NCBI GenBank assembly: GCA_934101595.1
Contig: CAKORR010000003.1
Coordinates: 36,479-100,478 of the forward strand
Reading direction: 5' to 3'
DNA length: 64,000 nt
DNA from: an uncultured Bacilli bacterium
GTDB lineage: Bacteria > Bacillota_I > Bacilli_A > RF39 > UBA660
Shown: piece after piece, positions 19,754 to 29,558 of the stretch
Layout of the letters: the number at the start of each line of letters is the position of its first letter
Numbering within the stretch: the first letter of the stretch is position 1
The notes under the pieces: generated by a model
Seen by the model: only the letters and a program-made list of their open reading frames with translations
The model's database searches: none
What the model was told of the DNA's origin: nothing
Translations under genes and position numbers: made by a program

Positions 19754-20677
19754 TTAAAATTTATGACCACACATGAAGCACATAGCGTCACTTGCATTTA
19801 CCTTTGTTCCACATTGTGGGCAAAACTTTGTAGCTTCGGTATTAACTGGCTCGTTTGAAACTGGCGCTTCAACACTTTGGGTATTAACTACCGGCGTAGG
19901 ATTATCCTCTACTGGAGTTTCAATAGGCATCACACTTGGTGCTTGATTTTCTAATGCAGGTTGGTTAACATTCTCATTATTATTAGCCGGAAGAGAGTTT
20001 CCAACAGTACCACTGAAATTATTTGGTGTTACGCTACCACTAAAGTTGTTAGGTGTAACATTAAAACCAGATTCATTGTTAGTATTCATGCCAGGTGCAT
20101 TTAAATTATCACTTGATAATTCTGGTGCTGCAACACTAGCCCCAACTCCAGCGTTCACTTCATTAACTACTCCATTATTTAGGCCATTTTCATTTGTGAC
20201 AACATTTGAAGTATTAACAGTATTAGCATTAGTTGTATTAGCTACATTATTAACGTTGTTAGCATTTATATCACTATCCGAAAGATTACTATTATAAGTT
20301 GCTTTACCAAATGCTAATATTGGGTACATTACATAAGGGAACAATAACATTAAGATAGCCCCTTCAATGCCTTTTCCGAATTTTTTATTCAACTCTATAA
20401 TTGATTTTATTAAAGGATATATTTGTACTATTGGCACAAAACAAAGAATAAACATTCCAATACTCAAACCAGATATTTGTGTAACTAAAATATACAAATT
20501 ATAAACTGGGACAATTGCTTTCCAACCATCTTGATTAGCCTTAGTGAAAATCTTCCATAAACAAACAACCATAAATACCGCTACAGCAACGCTAAATATC
20601 ATCATACCACCTAGTGCAGCAAAAGATGTCCCTAATGCTGTACTAGCAGCGCCATAATCATAATCCATTCCATACAT
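19754..20677 (-). CDS. membrane protein with Asn-rich linker and C-terminal zinc ribbon
   Basis: 4 TM helices, low-complexity N/T/V-rich region with TPNNFSG repeats, C-terminal CPQCGTKV...CFMCG. Confidence 0.4.
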   Translation of the reverse strand: MYGMDYDYGAASTALGTSFAALGGMMIFSVAVAVFMVVCLWKIFTKANQDGWKAIVPVYNLYILVTQISGLSIGMFILCFVPIVQIYPLIKSIIELNKKFGKGIEGAILMLLFPYVMYPILAFGKATYNSNLSDSDINANNVNNVANTTNANTVNTSNVVTNENGLNNGVVNEVNAGVGASVAAPELSSDNLNAPGMNTNNESGFNVTPNNFSGSVTPNNFSGTVGNSLPANNNENVNQPALENQAPSVMPIETPVEDNPTPVVNTQSVEAPVSNEPVNTEATKFCPQCGTKVNASDAMCFMCGHKF

Positions 20678-20689
20678 ATATCATCACTC

Positions 20690-21163
20690 CTATAAATACA
20701 TTTTTACAAGGATAATAATTGCGATTATTGCTAATATAAACAATATTATCCTTGCCATATTAAATTTAGGATTAACATTGATAAACTCACTTACTTCTTT
20801 AACTTCTTTATTTTCTTCATTAATCCTTTTAATTCTTTCATTTAATGAAACATTTAAAGACTCATCTATTATTTTTTGTTCTTTTTTTACGTTCTTTTTT
20901 TCTTTTTTCGGTTTTGCTTCTTTATGATTTTTTCCCTTAGGCGTATTTGTCTCAGTAACATTAGGTAAAACTTCTAATGTATCTATTTTTTCTTCTGGTA
21001 AAGAAGTTTTAGGAATTACTTCTTTCTCTTCCTCTTTTAAATTATTTTCTTCTTCTTTTTTTTCAATTAAGATTTCTTCTTCTGGTGCCTTTAGCGGTTT
21101 ATCAATTTTATTCTCAACACTACGTCTAGGAATAAAGAAACGTGGCTTTTTTTCTTCACTCAT
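20690..21163 (-). CDS. Lys/Glu-rich protein with C-terminal membrane anchor
   Basis: 157 aa with charged low-complexity region then TM (ARIILFILAIIAIIILV). Confidence 0.35.
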   Translation of the reverse strand: MSEEKKPRFFIPRRSVENKIDKPLKAPEEEILIEKKEEENNLKEEEKEVIPKTSLPEEKIDTLEVLPNVTETNTPKGKNHKEAKPKKEKKNVKKEQKIIDESLNVSLNERIKRINEENKEVKEVSEFINVNPKFNMARIILFILAIIAIIILVKMYL

Positions 21164-21179
21164 ATGGCACCTCCATTAT

Positions 21180-22364
21180 TTATTCAACTTTTGTTCCGCA
21201 TTCACCACAGAATTTGCCACTAACTGGTTTTCCACAGTTTGTACAAAATTTAGGTTTTACTTCGGTATCACCAGATACTTGAGCAGCTACAACCGTAGCA
21301 TTTTCCATTGCTCCTTCTGCACTTGGTGTTACAGGAGTTTCTGATTGCATATTGCTTACAGTATTTAGCATACTATTTCCTTGCATTTGGCTCATGCCCA
21401 TTCCCATGAATCCCATCATAGCTCCATTTGGATTTCCAGCAGCACTTTTCATAGCTTCAGCACTAGCAGCAGCCATAGTTCCAGCCATGTTATTACTGTA
21501 TGCTTGACCCATACGAGTAGTTTTAGCTATATCAGCATCCATTTCTTGAATTAATTTTCTTGATGCTTCTGATGCATTTATTCTTAAAGCAACATCTGCT
21601 ACAACAATACCATATTTTTTGTACCAATCTTCATTTAAAAGTTCATTCATTTGATCAGTTACATCTGACTTATATGCTTGAATTCTGTTAAATGAAATAT
21701 TGTTTTTAAGCATAATATTAGAAATACCTTCACTAATCTTTTGAGCAAATCTGCTTTTTAAAATATTTTGACTACCTTCAGTTGTAAAAATATCATCAAA
21801 TGTTAGTGTATCATCAGGATGAGCTCCAACCATTTCATTTATTAAAATAACTGGATCCTCAACTTTGATACTAAATTCACCATTATAAGTTATTTCAACG
21901 CTTCCATACATAGGATCAAAAACAGTTTCAGGTTGACTTGATCCGAATGTACATGCAGGTATAGTTTTGATATTAACATAATATACTCTTTGATCCTTTG
22001 CTGTTTGTCCTCCAAAAGTTATACGTGAACCAATGGTTTTAATTGTATCAATTATGCCTTTTCCTAATCCACCAGTAAAGATACTAGGTTCTGATGAAGT
22101 ATCCCAAGTGAATGTTCCTGGCTCAGCAGTAAATTCTACAATTTTACCATTATCAACAATCATCATAGCCATACCTTGAGGAACAGCTATTGTACTTCCA
22201 TTAGAAATTACGCCTTCCGTAGCGTGCTTATTTCCTTCCCCATGATTTACAACTCCACGTTGAATAATCACGTTATTTTCAACTTGTGGACATTCCACAA
22301 ACTCTTTAAATTGATCTCCAAATCCAGAAGATATTGAATTTAGAGCAGCTTTAATTAATCCCAT
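21180..22364 (-). CDS. ydjI: SPFH/band-7 domain protein (YdjI-like, 'virion core protein-like') with C-terminal zinc ribbon
   Basis: Starts MGLIKAA..., SPFH-like core, Met/Gly-rich segment, C-terminal CTNCGKPVSGKFCGECG. Confidence 0.7.
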   Translation of the reverse strand: MGLIKAALNSISSGFGDQFKEFVECPQVENNVIIQRGVVNHGEGNKHATEGVISNGSTIAVPQGMAMMIVDNGKIVEFTAEPGTFTWDTSSEPSIFTGGLGKGIIDTIKTIGSRITFGGQTAKDQRVYYVNIKTIPACTFGSSQPETVFDPMYGSVEITYNGEFSIKVEDPVILINEMVGAHPDDTLTFDDIFTTEGSQNILKSRFAQKISEGISNIMLKNNISFNRIQAYKSDVTDQMNELLNEDWYKKYGIVVADVALRINASEASRKLIQEMDADIAKTTRMGQAYSNNMAGTMAAASAEAMKSAAGNPNGAMMGFMGMGMSQMQGNSMLNTVSNMQSETPVTPSAEGAMENATVVAAQVSGDTEVKPKFCTNCGKPVSGKFCGECGTKVE

Positions 22365-22380
22365 ATTTTCCTCTTTCTTT

Positions 22381-23088
22381 CTAATAATCTTTTATATTAT
22401 TTAATGTCCAAACTCTATCAACTAGTTCAGTAATTCCTGTTCCACAATATGTGCAATATTTTGCTCCCAATGTTTTAACAGGGGCTCCACAGTTCGGACA
22501 ATTAAGCCCAAGACTTTTTACATCATCAGACACTTTATCTACATCTATAACATAAATAAATTCAACTTTGTATCTATCTTGTACTTTTTCACCGATTCCA
22601 CCATTTTTTTCTAGCATATACTCTAAACTACTAGAAAACACAATCGTAGCTACTACACCATTTTTAGAATAGCCACTAAGTGATGTTTGATGAAATTTTA
22701 TAGAATTAAAGTGCACATTGTCTTTTTTATTTTTTTTAATCTTGCTGTTAATCCAAGCAATAATTTTGTAATTATAATCTAATCCTTCTGTAGAATTATC
22801 TTCTATCGCTTTTAAACTATCAATAATTAATCTCTCAGCTTCTTTTCTAAAGTAATTTATGTTTGTATCTGGAAAATCACGTGCTAGTTTTTCTTTTAAT
22901 ATTGGCTCCATACTAGAAATAGATTTGGGAGTCTCACTAGCTGTAATTTCACTTTTTTTAATTGCTTCTTTTAAATCACCCGTATTGAAATACTTTTGCA
23001 AAAAATTTTTAAACTTATACTTAAAGTAAAAGAAAAAGAAAACAATTATTATGATAACCATTATCAATAGTATCAATAAATTTTCCAT
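22381..23088 (-). CDS. membrane-anchored zinc-ribbon protein (YdjG/H-like module member)
   Basis: N-terminal TM, C-terminal CPNCGAPV...CTYCG. First gene of the SPFH cluster. Confidence 0.4.
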   Translation of the reverse strand: MENLLILLIMVIIIIVFFFFYFKYKFKNFLQKYFNTGDLKEAIKKSEITASETPKSISSMEPILKEKLARDFPDTNINYFRKEAERLIIDSLKAIEDNSTEGLDYNYKIIAWINSKIKKNKKDNVHFNSIKFHQTSLSGYSKNGVVATIVFSSSLEYMLEKNGGIGEKVQDRYKVEFIYVIDVDKVSDDVKSLGLNCPNCGAPVKTLGAKYCTYCGTGITELVDRVWTLNNIKDY

Positions 23089-23254
23089 TCAAATACTATT
23101 TAACTACCTCCCGTCTTAATAGACACATGCATATTATTCTATAAAAAATTATATCATATATTTCGTATAATTTAAAAAAATTATTAAAAAAAGTGTAAAC
23201 TAAAAAAGATTAGTTAACACATTAACTAACCTAAAAATTATTAAGCATAATCTT

Positions 23255-24352
23255 TTATGAAAGCTTTTTTAAATATAATCCATTTTTTGTGTCATTTGCT
23301 AACGATTCAATATATTCATTATAAAAATCAATATATTCCTTTATTATAGATCTATATGCTGGAAGATATAGAAGATATATATCATCTAAAACATGATACT
23401 CTTTTAGTAATTTATAATTTGCCAAGAAATTTAAATTGCTTAGGATTGAATATATTTCTGTAACTAAGGCCATTATAAAATTATAATCATCCCGAGATTT
23501 AATAACATTTAAATCTATCTTTTCTAAATTAAATATTCTAGTTTTGATATCTTCTGGAATTACAAATTTTTCAACTGGAATTCTATTTCTCGGAATATTT
23601 ATATAAAGATTTTTACATAAATCGCATGTAGAATTAACATCTTTAATATCACTTTTCCTTACTCCCCAATATTGAGCAGTTTTTTCTAAGCCCATATTTT
23701 TAACTTTCATATTAGTTTCGTAAGGAGCCACCTCACCTTTTTTTCTTTCAATCAGATGGTCAACTTTATCCACATCCCTTAAAAGCTGCAACGTTACCGA
23801 AATAATCTTTTTTTCAAATTCATTAAACGTATAGCTACCAGTTAATACTTTTAATGGATCACAATAAACAAAATTACTATCCATATGAAATTGATATTCT
23901 CTTGTATTATTGCTATCATTATGCTTTTTTATACAATCATATAAAAGCGGTCTAATATTTTCATCAATTAGAAAATAATCAAACCCACCATTTTTTAGCA
24001 TTTCTGCCCCTATTTCGCTATGGTTATTATATATATCTAAAAAAGAACTATTGCTAAGAGCTTGGTTAAATCTTCCTAAATCATGTAAAAGAGCCACAAT
24101 TTTAAAAATCTCTACAAAATTAACTGACATATTCATCTCATTAGCTAATTTTTTTATACTTTTAACAGTTCTAAGAGAATGGCGATATTTTTCACTAATC
24201 ATTGATAGTTTTTTACTATACTCACGCATATTATCTAAATTACCATTTTTTTGTAATTCATCAAAATTTATATTTAAATCACTACGTAATTTTTCTTCAC
24301 AAGTCCAAAAAAATTCATTAAATTTACTTTCTGTTTCTTTATAAATTGTCAT
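23255..24352 (-). CDS. HD-domain phosphohydrolase
   Basis: ...FKIVALLHDLGRF... HD motif, 365 aa. Confidence 0.6.
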   Translation of the reverse strand: MTIYKETESKFNEFFWTCEEKLRSDLNINFDELQKNGNLDNMREYSKKLSMISEKYRHSLRTVKSIKKLANEMNMSVNFVEIFKIVALLHDLGRFNQALSNSSFLDIYNNHSEIGAEMLKNGGFDYFLIDENIRPLLYDCIKKHNDSNNTREYQFHMDSNFVYCDPLKVLTGSYTFNEFEKKIISVTLQLLRDVDKVDHLIERKKGEVAPYETNMKVKNMGLEKTAQYWGVRKSDIKDVNSTCDLCKNLYINIPRNRIPVEKFVIPEDIKTRIFNLEKIDLNVIKSRDDYNFIMALVTEIYSILSNLNFLANYKLLKEYHVLDDIYLLYLPAYRSIIKEYIDFYNEYIESLANDTKNGLYLKKLS

Positions 24353-24396
24353 TTTAATCCCCTAAAAATTGTATCATAAAGAATATGTTTTGTCAC

Positions 24397-24903
24397 TTAT
24401 TTAATCCACCCATTACTTACATACTTTGTATCATTAACAATGATAAAGGCATTTTTATCGTATTTAATTATAATATTTTTTAGCTTTTCTAAATAATCTG
24501 ATTTTGTTTGAATGTATAACATTTTTTTATCGTCACCAGTTAATTTTATTTCTGATACACCAAAATTATGCTTTTTGATATTCTTAATTAATTCTTTAGT
24601 ATCTTTTGTTGTAATTATTTCAATGCCTACTATTCCTTTAATAAAATGATCTGATAAAATCATGCCAATATATGACCCTGTTGCGTAACCTAAAGAATAT
24701 GAAATAGGTATTAATATTGTATTTACGTTTGTTGTTAATGCGGTTCTTGCCGCAAAAAACCATATAAAAACTTCAATAAAAGCCAATATCGCATTAATAA
24801 TTTTTTCACCTCGAACCATTATCATAGTTCTAAAGGTACTAATAGAAACATCCAATATTCGTGCACTGAATATTTTAAGGCATAATAAAGCCATAATAAT
24901 CAC
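24397..24903 (-). CDS. UPF0316/DUF2179 family membrane protein
   Basis: Four TM helices followed by DUF2179-like C-domain (GVSEIKLTGDDKKMLYIQTK). Aligns to B. subtilis UPF0316 pattern. Confidence 0.6.
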   Translation of the reverse strand: MIIMALLCLKIFSARILDVSISTFRTMIMVRGEKIINAILAFIEVFIWFFAARTALTTNVNTILIPISYSLGYATGSYIGMILSDHFIKGIVGIEIITTKDTKELIKNIKKHNFGVSEIKLTGDDKKMLYIQTKSDYLEKLKNIIIKYDKNAFIIVNDTKYVSNGWIK

Positions 24904-25038
24904 CTGTATTATTATGGCTTTTATTCTTATAAATATTTACTTATTCGATTTTCTAACGCCTTCAATAATTTCTTGATAAGCCTCAGTATCAATAATCTTT
25001 ATTTTTTTATTAATTCAAAATATAGTTTTCATTAATTA

Positions 25039-25578
25039 TTAGTATCTACTCAATCCACCAATTCTTAAACTCATATTTTCAGTAATGCCACTTGCATATT
25101 GAAAATCGATAATTCCTTCTGAAACATAATAATTTGCTATATCTTTATTAAAATCTCTTACTTGCTCATAGCATCTGTTTAACATTTCTATACTTTCTAG
25201 AGCCTTTTCTTTTTCTATTACTGGTTGGACTATTATCTCCGCACCAGTTTCAAATTTTTTGCTAAGCATTGACTCAGCATATTTAAAACCAGTATTAGAT
25301 ATATATTTTATGTTATCAAATGCTGGATCACTTAATAATTCTGATAATTTAGCATCAGAATCTAAATCATGCCATTTTGACTTTTCTAAATCAGCAAACA
25401 AAATTGCTAATTCTTCTGGTTTTTTTCCGCCAATACTTAAATCAAAATTTAAATAATTATTTTTTAAATACCCCTTGTAAGCTAAACATAATTCATCACT
25501 ATATTTATAATCAATTCCATTTAATACATCATTAATAGTTTTATTATATATTTCTTCTACCATTTTTTCATTATTCAT
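25039..25578 (-). CDS. hypothetical cytoplasmic protein; candidate immunity protein for upstream toxin
   Basis: Immediately downstream of, and co-oriented with, the toxin gene (13-nt gap). No recognisable motif; role assigned by position only. Confidence 0.35.
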   Translation of the reverse strand: MNNEKMVEEIYNKTINDVLNGIDYKYSDELCLAYKGYLKNNYLNFDLSIGGKKPEELAILFADLEKSKWHDLDSDAKLSELLSDPAFDNIKYISNTGFKYAESMLSKKFETGAEIIVQPVIEKEKALESIEMLNRCYEQVRDFNKDIANYYVSEGIIDFQYASGITENMSLRIGGLSRY

Positions 25579-25590
25579 AACTTTCCTCCT

Positions 25591-28500
25591 TTAACTAGTT
25601 ATTACTTTTAACCCGCTAACTATTTTATCAAGATTAGATAAATTTCCCCCTATCGCTTCATCAAAAGCTGGCCCTAACTTGTTTGCAAAAAAATTTGGGA
25701 CTGTGATTTTATCTATGGGATTTGAAATGAGTGATATATCATTATTGATGTATGCACACTTAATTGTTTCGATGTCTAAACCCTCTATATTCATATTTAA
25801 AATTTGCTTCAATCTTCTTACTGCTGGTGTATAACCACAAAATTCTTTAGTTGGATAGGCTTTTCCCATTGCTAATTCATTTAAAAGTTCTGTAACAGTC
25901 TCATTTATGCCTGTGTTACTAATTGAACGACCATTTGAATCACAAATAATCACTCTTAATCCAGCCCTTATGTATGTAATTCCAGTAGACGGGTCAGTAT
26001 AAGCCCGTCTTGCAGAAAGCTGATGTAAACTTTCATGCGATATGGTACTTTTTATAATTTTATCCGAATAAGCTAAACTCATTACACTTTCTCTACCATT
26101 ATTGAAAGCCATCCATCTAGGGTTAGCAGTTGATTTAGCAAATTCTTCAGGTTCTAAAAATATAAACGTACCTTTAAGGTCAGAAAGATCCGATTCACTA
26201 GCTAAAGATGAAAACATCTTTCTAAAGTTATTTATCATAACTGTTTCTGCCCAATCATTAAGGCCCACCGCTCTTGGGGATAAATAAAATTTTTTAATGC
26301 TTTGCATTCTTTCTTGCACTCTGTTAAGTTTAAAATAATATCCATTACTTTTCATCATATCGTCAATTTGCTTTAAGCCATTTGCTATTTCATTTTTCGA
26401 TAAACCTTGAAACAATGTATTCATATTATTCTTAAAATCATATGCAAATGCGTTAAAAATTGATTCTGATTGTATGAGATTTAATAAATATGCTGTAGAA
26501 ACTTTTTTAGATGCATCACTCCTTCTTAATTTAACATCAACTGTTTCTTTTAATCCTCTAACGTATTTTCCTGATAGTATCAATTGTTCTATTTCTAAAT
26601 TATTTACTATGTTATGATAAGTAACACTGTCAATACTTTTATTTGATAATATCTTATTAAGTTGCTCCACATCTAAATTACTTGTTACTATACCCATATT
26701 AGCACTATCTAATTTGCTAATAGCATTAACAAGGGTAGTTTCATCGGCATTGCCAATAATTAATTTTAAATTATCACTATTGTATACATACGTTATTAAT
26801 TTTTCTAAAGTACTAGCATCCATACTTTTTAATGAACTAATAAGCTCATTTTTTTTCAACGATATTACTTCATCGAAATTAACGCCTGGATTATTTTTTC
26901 TTATTGTGACCAATTCTTCAAGGCTATATTTATTAACATAAAGTGTTTCACCTTCTTTTAATCTTATTGCCTCAATTTCTTTAATTCTTTGTGATTTAGC
27001 ATTATTTGTTCCTGTTTTTTCAACAACTTTAGATTTTTGAGGAGCATTATTTGCACCAACTTTATCAACAATTTTAGAGTTTGGTTGGATACCGCTAGCA
27101 CGTTTTCCTTTAACACTTGCTATTCCGCCCATTGCAGCACTAGCTACTGTTGAAGTTGCTTTATTATATCCATTTAAAACAAGAGTCGAAACTAGTGTTT
27201 GAGCAAAAGTATCTCCCATCTCCTCTTTTATATTATTAAATGCTTCGGTGTCTCCCTCAACAAGTGCTTTATAACCTTTATCCAAAAACAACTGCAATTC
27301 TTCTTCGGTTATTTCATTTACAACATTACCAAATAAGCCAAATTTTTGTTCAATAACTGAGAATCCAACACCTGATAAAAATAGTGATGTAACAGATTCG
27401 GATGCCGTTGAGAATACTGCATATTTAAATGCACCATCAAGGCTTTTACCTTCTTCTAAAGATTGATCAAAAGTGTTACCTAGTATTGAAGCACTCATAG
27501 CCACGTTACCAACTATACCACCAATTTTATTATTCTTTGTAAGTGCCGTTACAACAGTTGACAACGTTGCCGGAATTAACATATTACCAATGGATGAGGC
27601 AGTACTATATGTGAAATCCAAGCCAACTTTGTAATCGTCACTCGATAGTGCTTCAATTATGTACATGTTTTCATAATCATCAACATCAACTACAGAATCA
27701 GCAAATACTAAATTATAGTAACCACTTAAGAAATTTTGCAAACCATTTTTTACACCCTCACCAGCTGTTCTAACATAATCAACATTATTATTCTTAAGGC
27801 TGTTTAAAAATTCTAAAGCATTAGCTTCTCCTTCTCTTCGATTTAATTCGTCCTCCAAAAATGATAGATAATCGTCAGCGGCGTCAACTGATACTACTTT
27901 GTGTAAATAATTATACATAGCAATTTCGTCAGGTTCCATGAATAATTTTTGCTTGTCACTTAGATAATCTAGACTTCCATATTTTTCAATACGCCATTCA
28001 TTACCCTTTTCAATCAAAAATTGTTCAACACACGCCTCTTGATTAAAAGCTTTCCATGTTTCGTATGATAACTTGCTTCCAGAATTTTTATAAACGTTTT
28101 CCATGTATTCGCTTATTTCAGCTTCTGTATAATTAAAGCCTTCCAATGCACTTAGGCTATATGTTGCTGATTTTGAAGAAAAATTAATTTGCTTTAATTG
28201 ACCCATATATTCAGCTTTAAATGTTACATATGCATCGCGTTTTTTTTCTAAATCGCTTATTTTTGCGGAAAGGCTTTGCATTTCTGCAAATCTTTTATCA
28301 TCTTGGTTATTTACTTTGTTTTCAAGCATCTTAACCAGTGGCATGGTATCATCATTATTCGCATCATTTTGCTCATTTAGCAATTGTTCATACTGTTCTT
28401 TTAACTTTTTAATTTCACTGTTTAACTCATTTCCTCTAGAATCAATTTCTTTCATGACCTCTTCAATTGTATCATTTATAAATTTATTTCTTTCTTCAGA

Positions 28501-29544
28501 AAGAGTTTGTATTTTATTTTGAAGCTTATTTAGTTTCGCCCTAGTTTCTTCGTCAATATTATCAGATGCCAAAGCAAAATTGCCGCCTAAATTATTAAAT
28601 TCATCTAGTAAATTAAGAAGATCTTCATCATATTTTTCATATTTAGAACGAGTATCATCATCAATTAATTGCCAATCATCTACTCCCAACTCTTTTAAAG
28701 TTTTTTCAAATTCTGGCATATTTTGAAAAACTGCAGTATTAACTGAGTTTTCATAAACTTGTGAATTTCTATCAGAAATATCATTAATTCCTTTAGCAAA
28801 TTCACTTTTGATATAATCTACATTTTCGCTTTTAGCCATAATTTTGTTTAATAAATCTAACAATTTTCCCTGAAGCCAATTAATTATTCGATCCATAAAA
28901 CTTGAATTCTCATCAGAAAGCTCTTTAGTTTCATTGGCACCAGTCTTGCTGTTATCTACACTATCAACTTTTAAGATATTGTCTGCAACAGTTACAAGAT
29001 CATTAGTTTCTACAGCTTTTGTTGTTTCTTCAGTTTTAGAAACTTGGTTTGAAGAAGATGTATCAGTTGGCTTAACTGTTTCAATATTTGTAGTTTTATC
29101 TATTTCTTTTGTGGCTTTACTTACATTCTCTACTTTAACATCATTAGTAGTGTTTTCCTTTTTTACATCAACACTACTTTTTTCTTCTGGCTCACTAGTA
29201 GTATCACCTAAGTATTCAATATTATCAGCCTTATTACTACTTCTCGTGTTAGTTTTTGTTGGTCTATTACTATTCGTATCACGAACGATGCCTCTAATAG
29301 AGTTAACATTTCCTTTTTCGATACCGCCAATAATACTTATAGCGTCACTTATAGATTTGCTAGCTTCACTACTAATTCTTTGAACTTCTTTATATTTTTC
29401 TAAAATATTATTTATGTCACTAGAAAAATCACTAGAAAAAGAATTTCTAGATAAGAAATTTATAATTGCTTGGATTATATTACCAGCTAATCTTAAATCT
29501 GAGGATATAATCTCTTTTAATTTTGACAAATCCACATTAATCAT
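25591..29544 (-). CDS. large (1317 aa) polymorphic toxin-like protein, probable T7SSb substrate, C-terminal HExxH zincin-like domain
   Basis: Follows WXG100, DUF4176-like and small helical genes in one orientation. Helical N-terminus, long coiled-coil middle, Gly-rich hydrophobic segment (aa ~608-700), C-terminal ...ISHESLHQL... at aa 1170-1174. Confidence 0.6.
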   Translation of the reverse strand: MINVDLSKLKEIISSDLRLAGNIIQAIINFLSRNSFSSDFSSDINNILEKYKEVQRISSEASKSISDAISIIGGIEKGNVNSIRGIVRDTNSNRPTKTNTRSSNKADNIEYLGDTTSEPEEKSSVDVKKENTTNDVKVENVSKATKEIDKTTNIETVKPTDTSSSNQVSKTEETTKAVETNDLVTVADNILKVDSVDNSKTGANETKELSDENSSFMDRIINWLQGKLLDLLNKIMAKSENVDYIKSEFAKGINDISDRNSQVYENSVNTAVFQNMPEFEKTLKELGVDDWQLIDDDTRSKYEKYDEDLLNLLDEFNNLGGNFALASDNIDEETRAKLNKLQNKIQTLSEERNKFINDTIEEVMKEIDSRGNELNSEIKKLKEQYEQLLNEQNDANNDDTMPLVKMLENKVNNQDDKRFAEMQSLSAKISDLEKKRDAYVTFKAEYMGQLKQINFSSKSATYSLSALEGFNYTEAEISEYMENVYKNSGSKLSYETWKAFNQEACVEQFLIEKGNEWRIEKYGSLDYLSDKQKLFMEPDEIAMYNYLHKVVSVDAADDYLSFLEDELNRREGEANALEFLNSLKNNNVDYVRTAGEGVKNGLQNFLSGYYNLVFADSVVDVDDYENMYIIEALSSDDYKVGLDFTYSTASSIGNMLIPATLSTVVTALTKNNKIGGIVGNVAMSASILGNTFDQSLEEGKSLDGAFKYAVFSTASESVTSLFLSGVGFSVIEQKFGLFGNVVNEITEEELQLFLDKGYKALVEGDTEAFNNIKEEMGDTFAQTLVSTLVLNGYNKATSTVASAAMGGIASVKGKRASGIQPNSKIVDKVGANNAPQKSKVVEKTGTNNAKSQRIKEIEAIRLKEGETLYVNKYSLEELVTIRKNNPGVNFDEVISLKKNELISSLKSMDASTLEKLITYVYNSDNLKLIIGNADETTLVNAISKLDSANMGIVTSNLDVEQLNKILSNKSIDSVTYHNIVNNLEIEQLILSGKYVRGLKETVDVKLRRSDASKKVSTAYLLNLIQSESIFNAFAYDFKNNMNTLFQGLSKNEIANGLKQIDDMMKSNGYYFKLNRVQERMQSIKKFYLSPRAVGLNDWAETVMINNFRKMFSSLASESDLSDLKGTFIFLEPEEFAKSTANPRWMAFNNGRESVMSLAYSDKIIKSTISHESLHQLSARRAYTDPSTGITYIRAGLRVIICDSNGRSISNTGINETVTELLNELAMGKAYPTKEFCGYTPAVRRLKQILNMNIEGLDIETIKCAYINNDISLISNPIDKITVPNFFANKLGPAFDEAIGGNLSNLDKIVSGLKVITS

Positions 29545-29558
29545 AAAATCACATATTC

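Noticed and set aside
20046-20110. Imperfect ~21-nt tandem DNA repeat
   Set aside because: Corresponds to in-frame TPNNFSG repeats inside the zinc-ribbon membrane protein's Asn-rich linker. It is coding low-complexity, not a regulatory or CRISPR-like repeat.
28934-29383. 149-aa plus-strand ORF
   Set aside because: Antisense to the toxin gene. Hydrophobic, low-complexity.
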